DNA of 64,000 nt, from assembly GCA_963696395.1 (NCBI GenBank), contig CAVOJZ010000002.1, positions 70,433 through 134,432 of the forward strand. Reading direction: 5' to 3'. The notes under the pieces are model-generated. The model saw only the letters and a list, made by a program, of their open reading frames with translations, was not told where the DNA came from and did no database searches. The stretch is from an uncultured bacterium (GTDB taxonomy: Bacteria > Patescibacteriota > Minisyncoccia > UBA6257 > 2-01-FULL-56-20). Both the position numbers and the translations under genes were made by a program. The stretch's first letter is position 1; the number at the start of each line of letters is the position of its first letter. Positions 1 to 9,089 of this stretch are shown here, one piece after another.

Positions 1-691
1 CCTGACGCCGCCCGCAACGAAGACTCTACTCGCAACGCGGGAGCTTGCAATTTCCGTTTTGCAGCCTGAGAATATCGCCGCGGCAGTGGAAACGTTGCGC
101 GTGCTTGACGCCGATTTCTTTGTCGTTGCCGCTTACGCAAAAATCATTCCGGAAACCGTGCTCGAGATACCCCATCAAGGCACCCTTGGCACGCATCCGT
201 CACTTTTACCGAAATACCGCGGCGCGTCCCCTATCCAATCAGCGATTTTAAGCGGAGAGCGGGAAACCGGCGCAACCATTTACCTGATGGACTCCGCCAT
301 GGATCATGGCCCCATTCTTGCAACCGGAAAATGCTCCGTTGAAACCGACGAAGCGTATCCCGCGCTCGAACAAAAACTTGCGGCATTAAGCGCCCGCCTA
401 CTCATAGAAGCCCTGCCCGCTTTTGCTGCCGGTAAAATCCAGCCCCAGCCGCAGGAGGAGATGCAGGCGTCTTATACCAAAAAATTTAAAACTGAAGACG
501 CGTTCATTGATGAATCCGATCTTGCCCTTGCGGAAAACGGCGACACCGAAAGAGCCGATGGAATCCTTCGGAAAATCAACGCCTTCAATCCGGAACCGGG
601 CGCATGGACCATGCGGGGCGGGAAACGCATAAAGATACTTTCTGCGCGTGTCGAGGCCGGCCGGCTCATCCTCGGAGAAACGCGATCATAA
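1..691 (+). CDS. fmt: Methionyl-tRNA formyltransferase, 5'-truncated by window edge
   Basis: Translated frame contains the Fmt signature HPSLLPKYRGASPIQSAIL and a C-terminal domain; ORF is open to position 1, so the N-terminus lies outside the window. Confidence 0.85.
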   Translation, partial: LTPPATKTLLATRELAISVLQPENIAAAVETLRVLDADFFVVAAYAKIIPETVLEIPHQGTLGTHPSLLPKYRGASPIQSAILSGERETGATIYLMDSAMDHGPILATGKCSVETDEAYPALEQKLAALSARLLIEALPAFAAGKIQPQPQEEMQASYTKKFKTEDAFIDESDLALAENGDTERADGILRKINAFNPEPGAWTMRGGKRIKILSARVEAGRLILGETRS

Positions 692-2134
692 ACCCTGAAT
701 CTCCTTCTCGATGTCGCTCTTTAGGTCGGTTTGAATGTGATCAATTTCCTTCTGAATCATTTCGTGCTTTGCATCGATATTCTGAGGGTTAGAATCGGAC
801 AGCTCCTTATCAAGCCTCACGAGGTCGTCATGAAGTTCCTTTCTTGCGCCCATCAATTCCCTTTGTGCATTAATCCTCCATATTGAAAACCGGAGATAGA
901 TTACGTATATAAGAGCAGCGATGAGGCACATGAGCAGAACGGCGACGAGGATGACGCCTGCCCACGAGAAGAGCCAGTCAATAATGCTTCCGAACCAGTT
1001 TTCAACATTCACCGGCAACCCTGCGCCTGGCGCGCTGAGTGCGCCGCGACTATCGGCGTCTTGCACGGTCATGAGCCATAATCCGGAAGGAACGTTATAG
1101 AAGCTGCCGCCGGCCTGCCAGGCGCCATTCATATCGGCACGCGCGGAATAAGTTAGCAAGGTATTGGCGGATCCGGATTTCCTCAGGTATACCGTAACGA
1201 GCGACCCAGGAATCGCCGTCCCTTCAACTTGGAACGATTGGCCGGAATTGACGATCGTTTTTGTATAATTCAAAACCATAGGCGCCGCAATGGGATCCAC
1301 GCTGAATGTGGTCGTCGCTGTTGTTATATTACCGGCGCGATCAAACGCTTCAACACTCAGCATGGTTCCGTTTTCCGGCGCCTGGAGCGGTAATTGATAG
1401 AGATCCGTGCTTGTCGCAACCCGGATGGTAGAAGCGTCAAACCAATCTCCGCCGCCGATTTTTACAAGATATTTTGCAATTCCGGAACCGGAGTCAGTTG
1501 TGCTCCACGTGAATAGCGGACGAGGATCGGTTGGATCCGCAACGCTTCCTGGAAATTCCGCGATCGTGAATGCCGCGGGCGGAATTGTGTCGGGTACCGC
1601 CTGTCCAACCATCGGGGTGATGGTGAATGCCGCAGACTGCATTGCCGTTAAAATATTCGTTCCATTACCATCGTTTGCCAGCACGGATCCGTCAGAAAAA
1701 GCCACCGCCGCCGAGCCTGGAGCGACAGCCTGGAACGTGATCGTGATGACCGATCCCGCGGAACCGGTGTACCCAGGATTCAGAACGATGCCTTCAAAAT
1801 GAACGTCTCCCCCTCCCGTACTGTTCGTAAATGACGGATCACGCACCCACAAGCTTATAATTGAATTACTTTTCGAAATCGAAAGCACTTGAAGCCGATT
1901 ACTCGGAAATGTGATATCGCCGGAGACCGCGTTCATCGCCTGATCGACAGATGAAACGTCTACCGCAACCGTGAAAGCCTGGCCGGTATGAATATTTTTC
2001 GAAGCCGGAACGAGATAAAGCGTTGCGGCGCGAACGTCACCCGGAAATAAAAAAATGGCGGTGATTACGAGAACTACGATACCGAATCCGACGGTTGTCT
2101 TTATTCTTTTCCGCGTTTCCGCCGAGCGAGCCAT
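686..2134 (-). CDS. Secreted surface protein with N-terminal cohesin-like beta-sandwich domain and C-terminal TM anchor plus coiled-coil tail
   Basis: Signal/anchor segment VGFGIVVLVITAIFLF; domain resembling a cohesin module (LYLVPASKNIHTGQAFTVAVDVSS...FEGIVLNPGYTGSAG) that is paralogous to the N-terminus of ORF 2101..3135; C-terminal hydrophobic helix WAGVILVAVLLMCLIAALIYVIYL followed by a charged coiled-coil tail. Confidence 0.5.
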   Translation of the reverse strand: MARSAETRKRIKTTVGFGIVVLVITAIFLFPGDVRAATLYLVPASKNIHTGQAFTVAVDVSSVDQAMNAVSGDITFPSNRLQVLSISKSNSIISLWVRDPSFTNSTGGGDVHFEGIVLNPGYTGSAGSVITITFQAVAPGSAAVAFSDGSVLANDGNGTNILTAMQSAAFTITPMVGQAVPDTIPPAAFTIAEFPGSVADPTDPRPLFTWSTTDSGSGIAKYLVKIGGGDWFDASTIRVATSTDLYQLPLQAPENGTMLSVEAFDRAGNITTATTTFSVDPIAAPMVLNYTKTIVNSGQSFQVEGTAIPGSLVTVYLRKSGSANTLLTYSARADMNGAWQAGGSFYNVPSGLWLMTVQDADSRGALSAPGAGLPVNVENWFGSIIDWLFSWAGVILVAVLLMCLIAALIYVIYLRFSIWRINAQRELMGARKELHDDLVRLDKELSDSNPQNIDAKHEMIQKEIDHIQTDLKSDIEKEIQGL

Positions 2135-3135
2135 ATTAAAAATAGTAACACACAGACGATGAGAATCGCCCTTAGGACGGCGATAGCCACAAACATGGAT
2201 TGCGGTATGGAACTCGGGAATCGTGCCGCCGCTTCGACAACGATAAAATTGCCGGCGTGATCAACGCCGCGAACATAGATATTGCTCGACAGGCTCTGAT
2301 CCTGCAAAAGATACGGCGATTGAGCGACATGCCATGCCGGCGTGAATCCCTGCATTTCCCCGGTGGGAACTTCGAGCACTTCGTAATGGTCAATGCCGGT
2401 GCCCTTGTCGGTTGTTCCGAACACCAGGAAATATTTTCCGTCGAAAATATTCGGATCGCTCGTGATCTCCGGCGTGAATGGATTCGGCAGAACAAGGGAA
2501 TTTGCAGGAGCAGCCGGCGGTGTGCCGGTGGCCGGCGTCGCTATCGCGAGCGAAAGATTTGAAACACTGACGGGGATTGAGGATCCGAGCCCGTCGTTTC
2601 GAAGAACGGTTGCGGTGGCAATTGTAACGGTTGTAGCGCCGGGAACGAGCGGGTTGAAAACCAGTGACGCGAGCGGACCTGCAGATCCGGTAAAACCGCC
2701 CGGAACAATTCCCGCAAAATCCACTTCCCCGGACGACGTTGCGGACGGGGGCGTGATCCAAAAATTGATAATTGAGTTGCCGTCATTCACATTTTGAAGG
2801 GACAAAAAGTCGGTTGGATAATCAACTGTTGCCTGAACCGTATTAGCATCATCCCCCTGGGTATCGAGCACGACATTCACCGTGAACGGCTGGCCGACGA
2901 CCGCTGTTCCGCTCGCAACCAGCCGCACGGCTGCGGCGCGGGCGGAAAAAGGGCTGAATACAAACCCCGCAAAAAGCCCGAACAGTATGATACAAATTTT
3001 TTTCATATTAGCCGGTCCAATAATAGGCGATAATGCTGAAATCGCGCAGGGTAATTTCACTTGTCCCGTCGAGAAGATCCTGAGCCGGTGGATTCGGTCG
3101 TCCGTACCAATACGCAAGAATTGAAAAATCAACAA
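2101..3135 (-). CDS. Secreted surface protein with cohesin-like domain and C-terminal TM anchor
   Basis: Signal peptide CIILFGLFAGFVFSPFSARA; domain VRLVASGTAVVGQPFTVNVVLDT...FAGIVPGGFTGSAG paralogous to ORF 686..2134; C-terminal TM VAIAVLRAILIVCVLLFLIWLARRKRG. Confidence 0.5.
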   Translation of the reverse strand: MLIFQFLRIGTDDRIHRLRIFSTGQVKLPCAISALSPIIGPANMKKICIILFGLFAGFVFSPFSARAAAVRLVASGTAVVGQPFTVNVVLDTQGDDANTVQATVDYPTDFLSLQNVNDGNSIINFWITPPSATSSGEVDFAGIVPGGFTGSAGPLASLVFNPLVPGATTVTIATATVLRNDGLGSSIPVSVSNLSLAIATPATGTPPAAPANSLVLPNPFTPEITSDPNIFDGKYFLVFGTTDKGTGIDHYEVLEVPTGEMQGFTPAWHVAQSPYLLQDQSLSSNIYVRGVDHAGNFIVVEAAARFPSSIPQSMFVAIAVLRAILIVCVLLFLIWLARRKRGKE

Positions 3136-4201
3136 GGTTTACCTTGCAATCGGCGTTCAAATCCCCCTTTGCCGGACATCCGGCTGCCGGCGTTGATGCA
3201 ATATTTTGGTCGCCAACCGTAAACGCTTTTGCGATGCTGTAGTTGGAAATCATCGATCCGTTTACCGCTTCGGATTTTGTCGTGTGGTCGCCCATTTCGA
3301 GTTTTGCCGTATTCAAGTCGTACACATAAGCGCCGCTCGTTGCGGACGTTGCGTTCACAAAAATCGCCTGATTGGAATTGACCTGGATTGAAACCGTAAC
3401 ATTCGGCAGCGACTGACCGAAAATGACGAGGGTATCGCCCTGCTTCACCTCGCTCTTGTCCACATCAATGGTTGGCGACAAAAATATCCCACTCACATTC
3501 GTCGTCATGCCGGCGGTCACGAAAATCGGGAACGTGTAAGGATTCGATTGTCTGCCGGCCGCATCTTCGGCGTAGATATAAAAAAGATAATTACCCGAAG
3601 CAAGCCCGGTGATTGAATCCGAAAAACTTCCATCAATTCCCGCGACTGTCTTGGCCGTGATTTGTCCGTCTTGTAAAATCGTCACCGTACTCCCGGGGTA
3701 TGCAAAACCGTTAAGGTCAACACTCGTTTGCTGTGGCGGAATATAACCGCCGCCGCCTCCACCTCCTCCTCCGCCGCCGCCGCTCCCGTTTCCGCCTTGA
3801 TTGCCGCCGCCTGACGATGGCGTTGAGACGCTCGCCTCGTTGCTATATGGGGAATATGCACCGCCAATAAATGCCCGGACGCGATAAAAATAAATAGTTG
3901 ACGGCGAAACACCGTTATCAATATAGGTCGCAATCCCAGTTGTCGTCGTTGCGATTTCAGCATATGTCCCCGCAACACCGGTTTTTCGCTCAACGCTGAA
4001 CCCATCTTCCGTTCCGCCGGAATTATCGGTCCACGAAAGCGTCACCTGTGTGGGCGCAGCGGGAACGGCAGTGAGGTCAGACGGCGCATTCGGCACAACA
4101 ACAACCGTAACTCCGGTTTGGATATTCACTGCGTCTGCGCGGCTGAATCCAAAAACTAATGCCACGCACACGACGAAAATAAGTCGATAACGAAATTGCA
4201 T
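3008..4201 (-). CDS. Secreted protein with FN3 domain, poly-Gly linker and C-terminal dockerin-like duplicated Ca-binding repeat
   Basis: Signal peptide; FN3-like segment (APTQVTLSWTDNSGGTEDGFSVERK...YFYRVRAF); run of about 13 Gly; C-terminus GDLNADCKVNLVDFSILAYWYG ... DGTSEITLRDFSIIAYYW matches the duplicated dockerin repeat pattern. Confidence 0.55.
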   Translation of the reverse strand: MQFRYRLIFVVCVALVFGFSRADAVNIQTGVTVVVVPNAPSDLTAVPAAPTQVTLSWTDNSGGTEDGFSVERKTGVAGTYAEIATTTTGIATYIDNGVSPSTIYFYRVRAFIGGAYSPYSNEASVSTPSSGGGNQGGNGSGGGGGGGGGGGGYIPPQQTSVDLNGFAYPGSTVTILQDGQITAKTVAGIDGSFSDSITGLASGNYLFYIYAEDAAGRQSNPYTFPIFVTAGMTTNVSGIFLSPTIDVDKSEVKQGDTLVIFGQSLPNVTVSIQVNSNQAIFVNATSATSGAYVYDLNTAKLEMGDHTTKSEAVNGSMISNYSIAKAFTVGDQNIASTPAAGCPAKGDLNADCKVNLVDFSILAYWYGRPNPPAQDLLDGTSEITLRDFSIIAYYWTG

Positions 4202-4218
4202 CCTATGATAAGTTTAGC

Positions 4219-5115
4219 CTATCGCTTTATTGTTCGCACCCGGCGGACAACGAGAAATATGAGTAATGCGAGGAGGGCGGCTCCGATGAGGATGAAAATC
4301 CATTCTTTCTGGAAAAATCGCACCGTCTTTGAAAGCCAGTCGGTTTTCACAACATTGAATACGGTCTTTTGACTGGCAACAACCTGATTATTCTTATAGA
4401 ACGTGGCGATACCCCAATATTGTCCGACGCCAAGATAGAAATCCGTGGGGAATTCAACGGTATAATCTTCGATTGTGAACGGCGGCGTTGTCGGAAATCC
4501 ATCACCTTTCTCCATGTATGCGAGCCGGACCGTATCGAATCGGTCGTACAGCTCAAACGTGGCGCCGTCGAATGATTCGGGCACGTTACCGTCGTTTTCA
4601 AATTTGACGTTGACGAGCGGGTTTTGTCCTTCGCCGATATCCTGGAACGTTATTTGTTGGACACTGTATTTTTCGAAAACGCCGTTTCCAACGGTCATAT
4701 TGATCGTCGCTTGCGCGCCAAGGGCGATGGTCACTTGACCGGCCGAAGCCGGGGCAGTATCGAACGTTATTGTCCCATGATAAACACCGAGCGCAGCTCC
4801 CTGCGGAACCGCTATAGTTATCGTGACCGCATATTGATTTGTCCCCTGCGGAATAACAAAGTTAAATCCCCGATCGATGGAGACCCACGATTTCACCGGA
4901 TCGGGAAGCTGTAGATTTGCCTGAATATTCAAATCCTGATTCGGCTGGTCCTGCACCAAGTAAATCGTTTCAGAAAACTTTGAACCCGGCACAAGGTGGT
5001 CTGCGTTTATAAAAGGCGGTGAAATACCGAATGCTGCATGGGTTAAATGCAGAGGAAGCAAAATTGATCCAATTACCGCAATCGAGGCAACCAGTACAAT
5101 AGACGCGGGGCGCAT
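4219..5115 (-). CDS. Hypothetical secreted protein with C-terminal TM anchor
   Basis: N-terminal signal (IVLVASIAVIGSILLPLHLTHA), beta-rich body, C-terminal helix IFILIGAALLALLIFLVVRRVR. Confidence 0.45.
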   Translation of the reverse strand: MRPASIVLVASIAVIGSILLPLHLTHAAFGISPPFINADHLVPGSKFSETIYLVQDQPNQDLNIQANLQLPDPVKSWVSIDRGFNFVIPQGTNQYAVTITIAVPQGAALGVYHGTITFDTAPASAGQVTIALGAQATINMTVGNGVFEKYSVQQITFQDIGEGQNPLVNVKFENDGNVPESFDGATFELYDRFDTVRLAYMEKGDGFPTTPPFTIEDYTVEFPTDFYLGVGQYWGIATFYKNNQVVASQKTVFNVVKTDWLSKTVRFFQKEWIFILIGAALLALLIFLVVRRVRTIKR

Positions 5116-5145
5116 GAATTTGATTATAGCACCCTACACCCGCCC

Positions 5146-6108
5146 TTACGAGTGCCAGAGAGCCTGGAAGACATTCGTTCCTGTATAAGTTCCGGTCGGC
5201 TGGTTGTTTGGAACCTGGAGCCCCCAGAACGTTGCTTGCGATACATTACTCGTTGTCGTCGGCGATGTGAGCAGGAATCCGTTTACAAGAACCGCGGAAC
5301 CGGTGAGCGCCGTGCTCGTTCCAGGATACGAAAACGTTGACGTTGAAAATCCTTGGCTACCCGTCGCGATAGAATTGGAACCTGACGTGAGCGTGCTCAA
5401 AGCATAAAGCTGGAGCGACGTTGATGAGTTGCCCGCGTTGGTTGATGTTGCAACCTGGTCTGTCGAACCGGTATTGGTATTAGCGCCAAGCGTTCCATAA
5501 TTAATTGAAGAAGTTGTCACGTTGAGCGCAAGCAAGGTATTCAATGTCTGCCCCGGATTTGCATCGCCGGTCCCCGTGGTATTGTCAGGCGTCCGGAACA
5601 AGACAGTCGCCGTCCAGGTCTGACCGTTATAACTCGAAGATGCATCCGTTGCTTGAGCAAAATAATAAACACCGAACGTGGTGGTCGTGTTCTGCGAACC
5701 GGATGAGCAGGTGCTTGATGCGGTGAAAGCGTTCAGAATGTAGCAATTGAGGTTGTTCGAACTTGTGAGGCAGGTTGACGATCCAACACCGGAACGATAA
5801 AGCAAAACGGTCGTCGTTCCGCCGGTTATTTCCGAACAACCATTCGAATCAGTGATCGTGGCATCCACGTTGACGGTCGTCGTTGCATTAGCTGTCAAAG
5901 TTATAGCGCTACCGTTGTTCACCGTAACACCGGTGATTGAAGGTGTTGAAATACCTACGATCACCTGGCTCGTGAGATTGGTTGAGGTTGCTCCAAAAAT
6001 GGTCTGGGTGACGAGAAATACGCCGAACACGACCGCTCCCAAAACCACAATCGCAGGTGCAATGACCTTCTTACTTTTCATTAGTATTAGTATAGCAACT
6101 CGCCTCAA
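5146..6108 (-). CDS. Thr/Ser-rich secreted protein, stand-alone paralog of the C-terminal domain of ORF 6134..9040
   Basis: Signal anchor; about 300 aa collinear with the last 320 aa of the 968-aa protein (shared ITDSNGCSEITGGTTTVLLYRSGVGSSTC, LNVTTSSINYG, FLLTSPTTT, GTYTG motifs). Confidence 0.5.
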   Translation of the reverse strand: MRRVAILILMKSKKVIAPAIVVLGAVVFGVFLVTQTIFGATSTNLTSQVIVGISTPSITGVTVNNGSAITLTANATTTVNVDATITDSNGCSEITGGTTTVLLYRSGVGSSTCLTSSNNLNCYILNAFTASSTCSSGSQNTTTTFGVYYFAQATDASSSYNGQTWTATVLFRTPDNTTGTGDANPGQTLNTLLALNVTTSSINYGTLGANTNTGSTDQVATSTNAGNSSTSLQLYALSTLTSGSNSIATGSQGFSTSTFSYPGTSTALTGSAVLVNGFLLTSPTTTSNVSQATFWGLQVPNNQPTGTYTGTNVFQALWHS

Positions 6109-6133
6109 TCACACCTGTGGATAAGCGCCGATT

Positions 6134-9040
6134 TTACTGGCTGAAGAGCGAAGTAAACGTCACCGTGCCGCTATAGGTTCCGCTGGCCGTGAGTGTCGGT
6201 ATGCCGATCCCCCAGTAAACAGGACTCGAAACGGAACCGGTGGTCGTGGGCGTCGTGAGTAAAAATCCTGAGACTGTCGTTGGAGATCCATTCAGCTGTT
6301 GTTCACTGCCTCCGTAGGTGAAGGTTGAAGTGGCATAATGTTGGGAACTCGTCGCAAGAATATTTACGCCAAGCGCAACCGCGGTTCCGGAAATTTGAAG
6401 TGTTTCGGATGAATTCCCGACATTTTGAACGGTCGTGCTCTGGTTCATTGATCCAACATTGCTGCCCGGATTCACTTTGCCGTAATTAATTGATGAGGTC
6501 GTGACGTTGAGTGCGTTCAGTGTGAGCAACTCCTGTCCGGGCGCATCCTGAGTGCTTGTTGCATGTGACGAATCGGTGAAATTCACCGTTGCAACCCAAT
6601 TTTGTCCCGAGAAAGACGATGAGGCGTCCGTTGCGTCGGCGAAATATTCAAGGCCAAATGTCGTTGTTGCATTCATCGTTCCGGCCGAACAGGTGCCCGA
6701 AGTGGTAAACGCAGTCGCAACATAACAATTTCGGTTGTTTGAGTTTGTTATGCATGTTGAAGACCCGACACCGGAACGATAAAGCATAACCGTTGTCGTT
6801 CCTCCCGTGATCGCAGAACACCCGTTTGTGTCGGTTATAGTTGTGCTCACGCTTATGCTTGTCGTCGCGTTAGGGACAAGGACAATGCTTGAGCCGTTAT
6901 TCAGGGTCGTGTTTGAAACCGAAACCGGGTTTGCCGTTATGGGTCGCCAGCTCGTATTCACAAGACAATATGTGCAATTGAAATTAATTTCCCCCGCAAT
7001 GGTTCCGGAAGCGATCCCCTGGAATGTTCCTGTGGAGCTGATAGTCACACCCATAAAATTAATCCAGCCGGCGGTCTGGCTCCAGGCATAACCTTGTAGG
7101 TCGCCGAGGCCATCATTCGTCACACCACTTCCCGATGGCGCAAGATTGATCCATCCGAAATTCTGGCTCCAGGCATAACCGGTAACGTTCGCGCTGGTGA
7201 CGGTAAAATTCCCCTGCGGGGCGGCAAAATTTATCCAACCCAATATGTTGCCCCATGCGTAGTTAGCCGAACTATTTTCATTTCCCAATGTATAGAAAGT
7301 GCCCGGTGAGCTTTGATTATTGAATTGGGTAATTATCCATTGCGATGGCCGCTCTGTGTTGGAGATTTGGATATCGTCGATCGATCCAGTAAGAAACGAA
7401 TCATTCGTAGGGCCGTTTCTTCCAAAGTCCGTACTAGTACCGACAGCAGGATCTACGGTTGGAGTCGCTACGGTTTCCTCTATCCCGTCCACATAAAGAT
7501 ACGCCGTACCGGCTCCCGTTCCATTCCATCCACAATCAACTTTATGCCAATGATTGTCGTTATGGGCTATTGTCCCAAATATATTATAGTGACTGGCAGA
7601 TCCTTCAAGCTCGCACACGATTTCTTGAGCGTACGGCCCTGATGATATGCCCAATGTATATCCGTTAAGATCATTACCAAAATCTCCGTTGTCGACAATC
7701 ACTTGGTCGCCAGTGCTTGTTGGTGTCGCATACCTGACCCAGGCGGAAACGGTGCCGCTTGCCGTGAGATGGAGCGAAGCGGCGTTTCCAACATCAATAT
7801 AACTTGACCCGTTTAGAGATGCACCGCCGTCAATTTCTCCGGACGACGAAGTCACTCCGTAATTCGTGCCATTATTTCCGTTCGCAGTCGAATCGTTTAG
7901 GCCGAAACCGGCGCTATTTGGAAAATGCCACACGCCGACATAGTTTGAATTCCACGTAGATTGCGGGTTCGTTTGATCGGTGGCAACCGAGCTATTGTCG
8001 TAACACACATAAATGACCGTGCCCGCCGTGAGCGACGGTACATTTACCCAATCTTCGAGTGCGCCGGTGCTTGAGGTGTAGGACTCCGTTTCAAAATTGA
8101 GCGGGGAAACATTGCAGTTTGCGGGAGACGTTGCAAAAACAAGGTCGCAGGGTTCCGGTCCGCCATTTGGTGCGACACAAAGATTTTGCACCTTCCCGCC
8201 GTGGCTGGATGTTTCCCACGAAGACAATGTGCTTGATACAAGCATTGGGAAGTTTGCAAGCGTGCCAGATGCAATTGACGTCGTTGAAGTAACAACTATG
8301 GCACGGGAGTAAAGATAGCTCGCCGATCTGAATGCCATGGCAATCAAGGCACCTCCATTGGTTGTTGGACTTGTCGAAAACGACGTACTTGTTGTCATAA
8401 CTCCAGAGTTAATCTGATATTCGTCAGCCGAAGACTGATCCGAATGACCATCCAAAAGTATTCCGTTGCCGTTTGCCACTTCTGTTCCCCCGACGACCTC
8501 ATCCACCATTCCCGACAGGACTATGTCATCTGCATTTTGAGTTGTAAAAACATTCGTAGACGGCGTCGTAGTGTTCGTCGGAGTACTGGTCGCTTGAACA
8601 TCTAATGGATTTGAAGTTGCTACGCCGCTAACTTCAACAACGTAGCAACCAAAGTCGGACGTTGTTCCGGTTACACGAGAAAATGTAACTTGGGTTATCC
8701 CCGACGGTATGTTCGCATCATAGAATCCTTGCGCCGTGGTGTTTACGCTCGAAGTGGTATTTATCGAGACAGCTCCAGCTGTCCAAGTTTGAGCGGGTGT
8801 ACTCGTAACGGAATATGAGCTAGTCGCCGCGACACTATTACCACCGCCGGCAAATCCCCACAGCAGATCGCCCGCTACAGTCGATGACAAATTCACGGTA
8901 CAAGTCGGCCCAGCATCGCCCGGATATGCAGTCTTGTGTTGGACGATTTGGATAGCATGCGCCGCCGGAGTGGAAAGAAAAATCCCAACGAAAATTGCTG
9001 CGATAAAAAGTGGAGTATAGAAAAAGAGCTTTCGGTTCAT
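6134..9040 (-). CDS. Large secreted multidomain surface protein with LamG/concanavalin-like domain, GYAWSQ-GWINF repeats and Thr-rich C-terminal domain
   Basis: Signal peptide; LamG-like stretch (GTAYLYVDGIEE...GSIDDIQISNTERPSQW); three short repeats GYAWSQxxGWINF; C-terminal domain paralogous to ORF 5146..6108. Confidence 0.55.
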   Translation of the reverse strand: MNRKLFFYTPLFIAAIFVGIFLSTPAAHAIQIVQHKTAYPGDAGPTCTVNLSSTVAGDLLWGFAGGGNSVAATSSYSVTSTPAQTWTAGAVSINTTSSVNTTAQGFYDANIPSGITQVTFSRVTGTTSDFGCYVVEVSGVATSNPLDVQATSTPTNTTTPSTNVFTTQNADDIVLSGMVDEVVGGTEVANGNGILLDGHSDQSSADEYQINSGVMTTSTSFSTSPTTNGGALIAMAFRSASYLYSRAIVVTSTTSIASGTLANFPMLVSSTLSSWETSSHGGKVQNLCVAPNGGPEPCDLVFATSPANCNVSPLNFETESYTSSTGALEDWVNVPSLTAGTVIYVCYDNSSVATDQTNPQSTWNSNYVGVWHFPNSAGFGLNDSTANGNNGTNYGVTSSSGEIDGGASLNGSSYIDVGNAASLHLTASGTVSAWVRYATPTSTGDQVIVDNGDFGNDLNGYTLGISSGPYAQEIVCELEGSASHYNIFGTIAHNDNHWHKVDCGWNGTGAGTAYLYVDGIEETVATPTVDPAVGTSTDFGRNGPTNDSFLTGSIDDIQISNTERPSQWIITQFNNQSSPGTFYTLGNENSSANYAWGNILGWINFAAPQGNFTVTSANVTGYAWSQNFGWINLAPSGSGVTNDGLGDLQGYAWSQTAGWINFMGVTISSTGTFQGIASGTIAGEINFNCTYCLVNTSWRPITANPVSVSNTTLNNGSSIVLVPNATTSISVSTTITDTNGCSAITGGTTTVMLYRSGVGSSTCITNSNNRNCYVATAFTTSGTCSAGTMNATTTFGLEYFADATDASSSFSGQNWVATVNFTDSSHATSTQDAPGQELLTLNALNVTTSSINYGKVNPGSNVGSMNQSTTVQNVGNSSETLQISGTAVALGVNILATSSQHYATSTFTYGGSEQQLNGSPTTVSGFLLTTPTTTGSVSSPVYWGIGIPTLTASGTYSGTVTFTSLFSQ

Positions 9041-9089
9041 AAGGTCACGAAGTTTTGTCTTCTCTTATAATAGCAAACGCCGCGCAACC

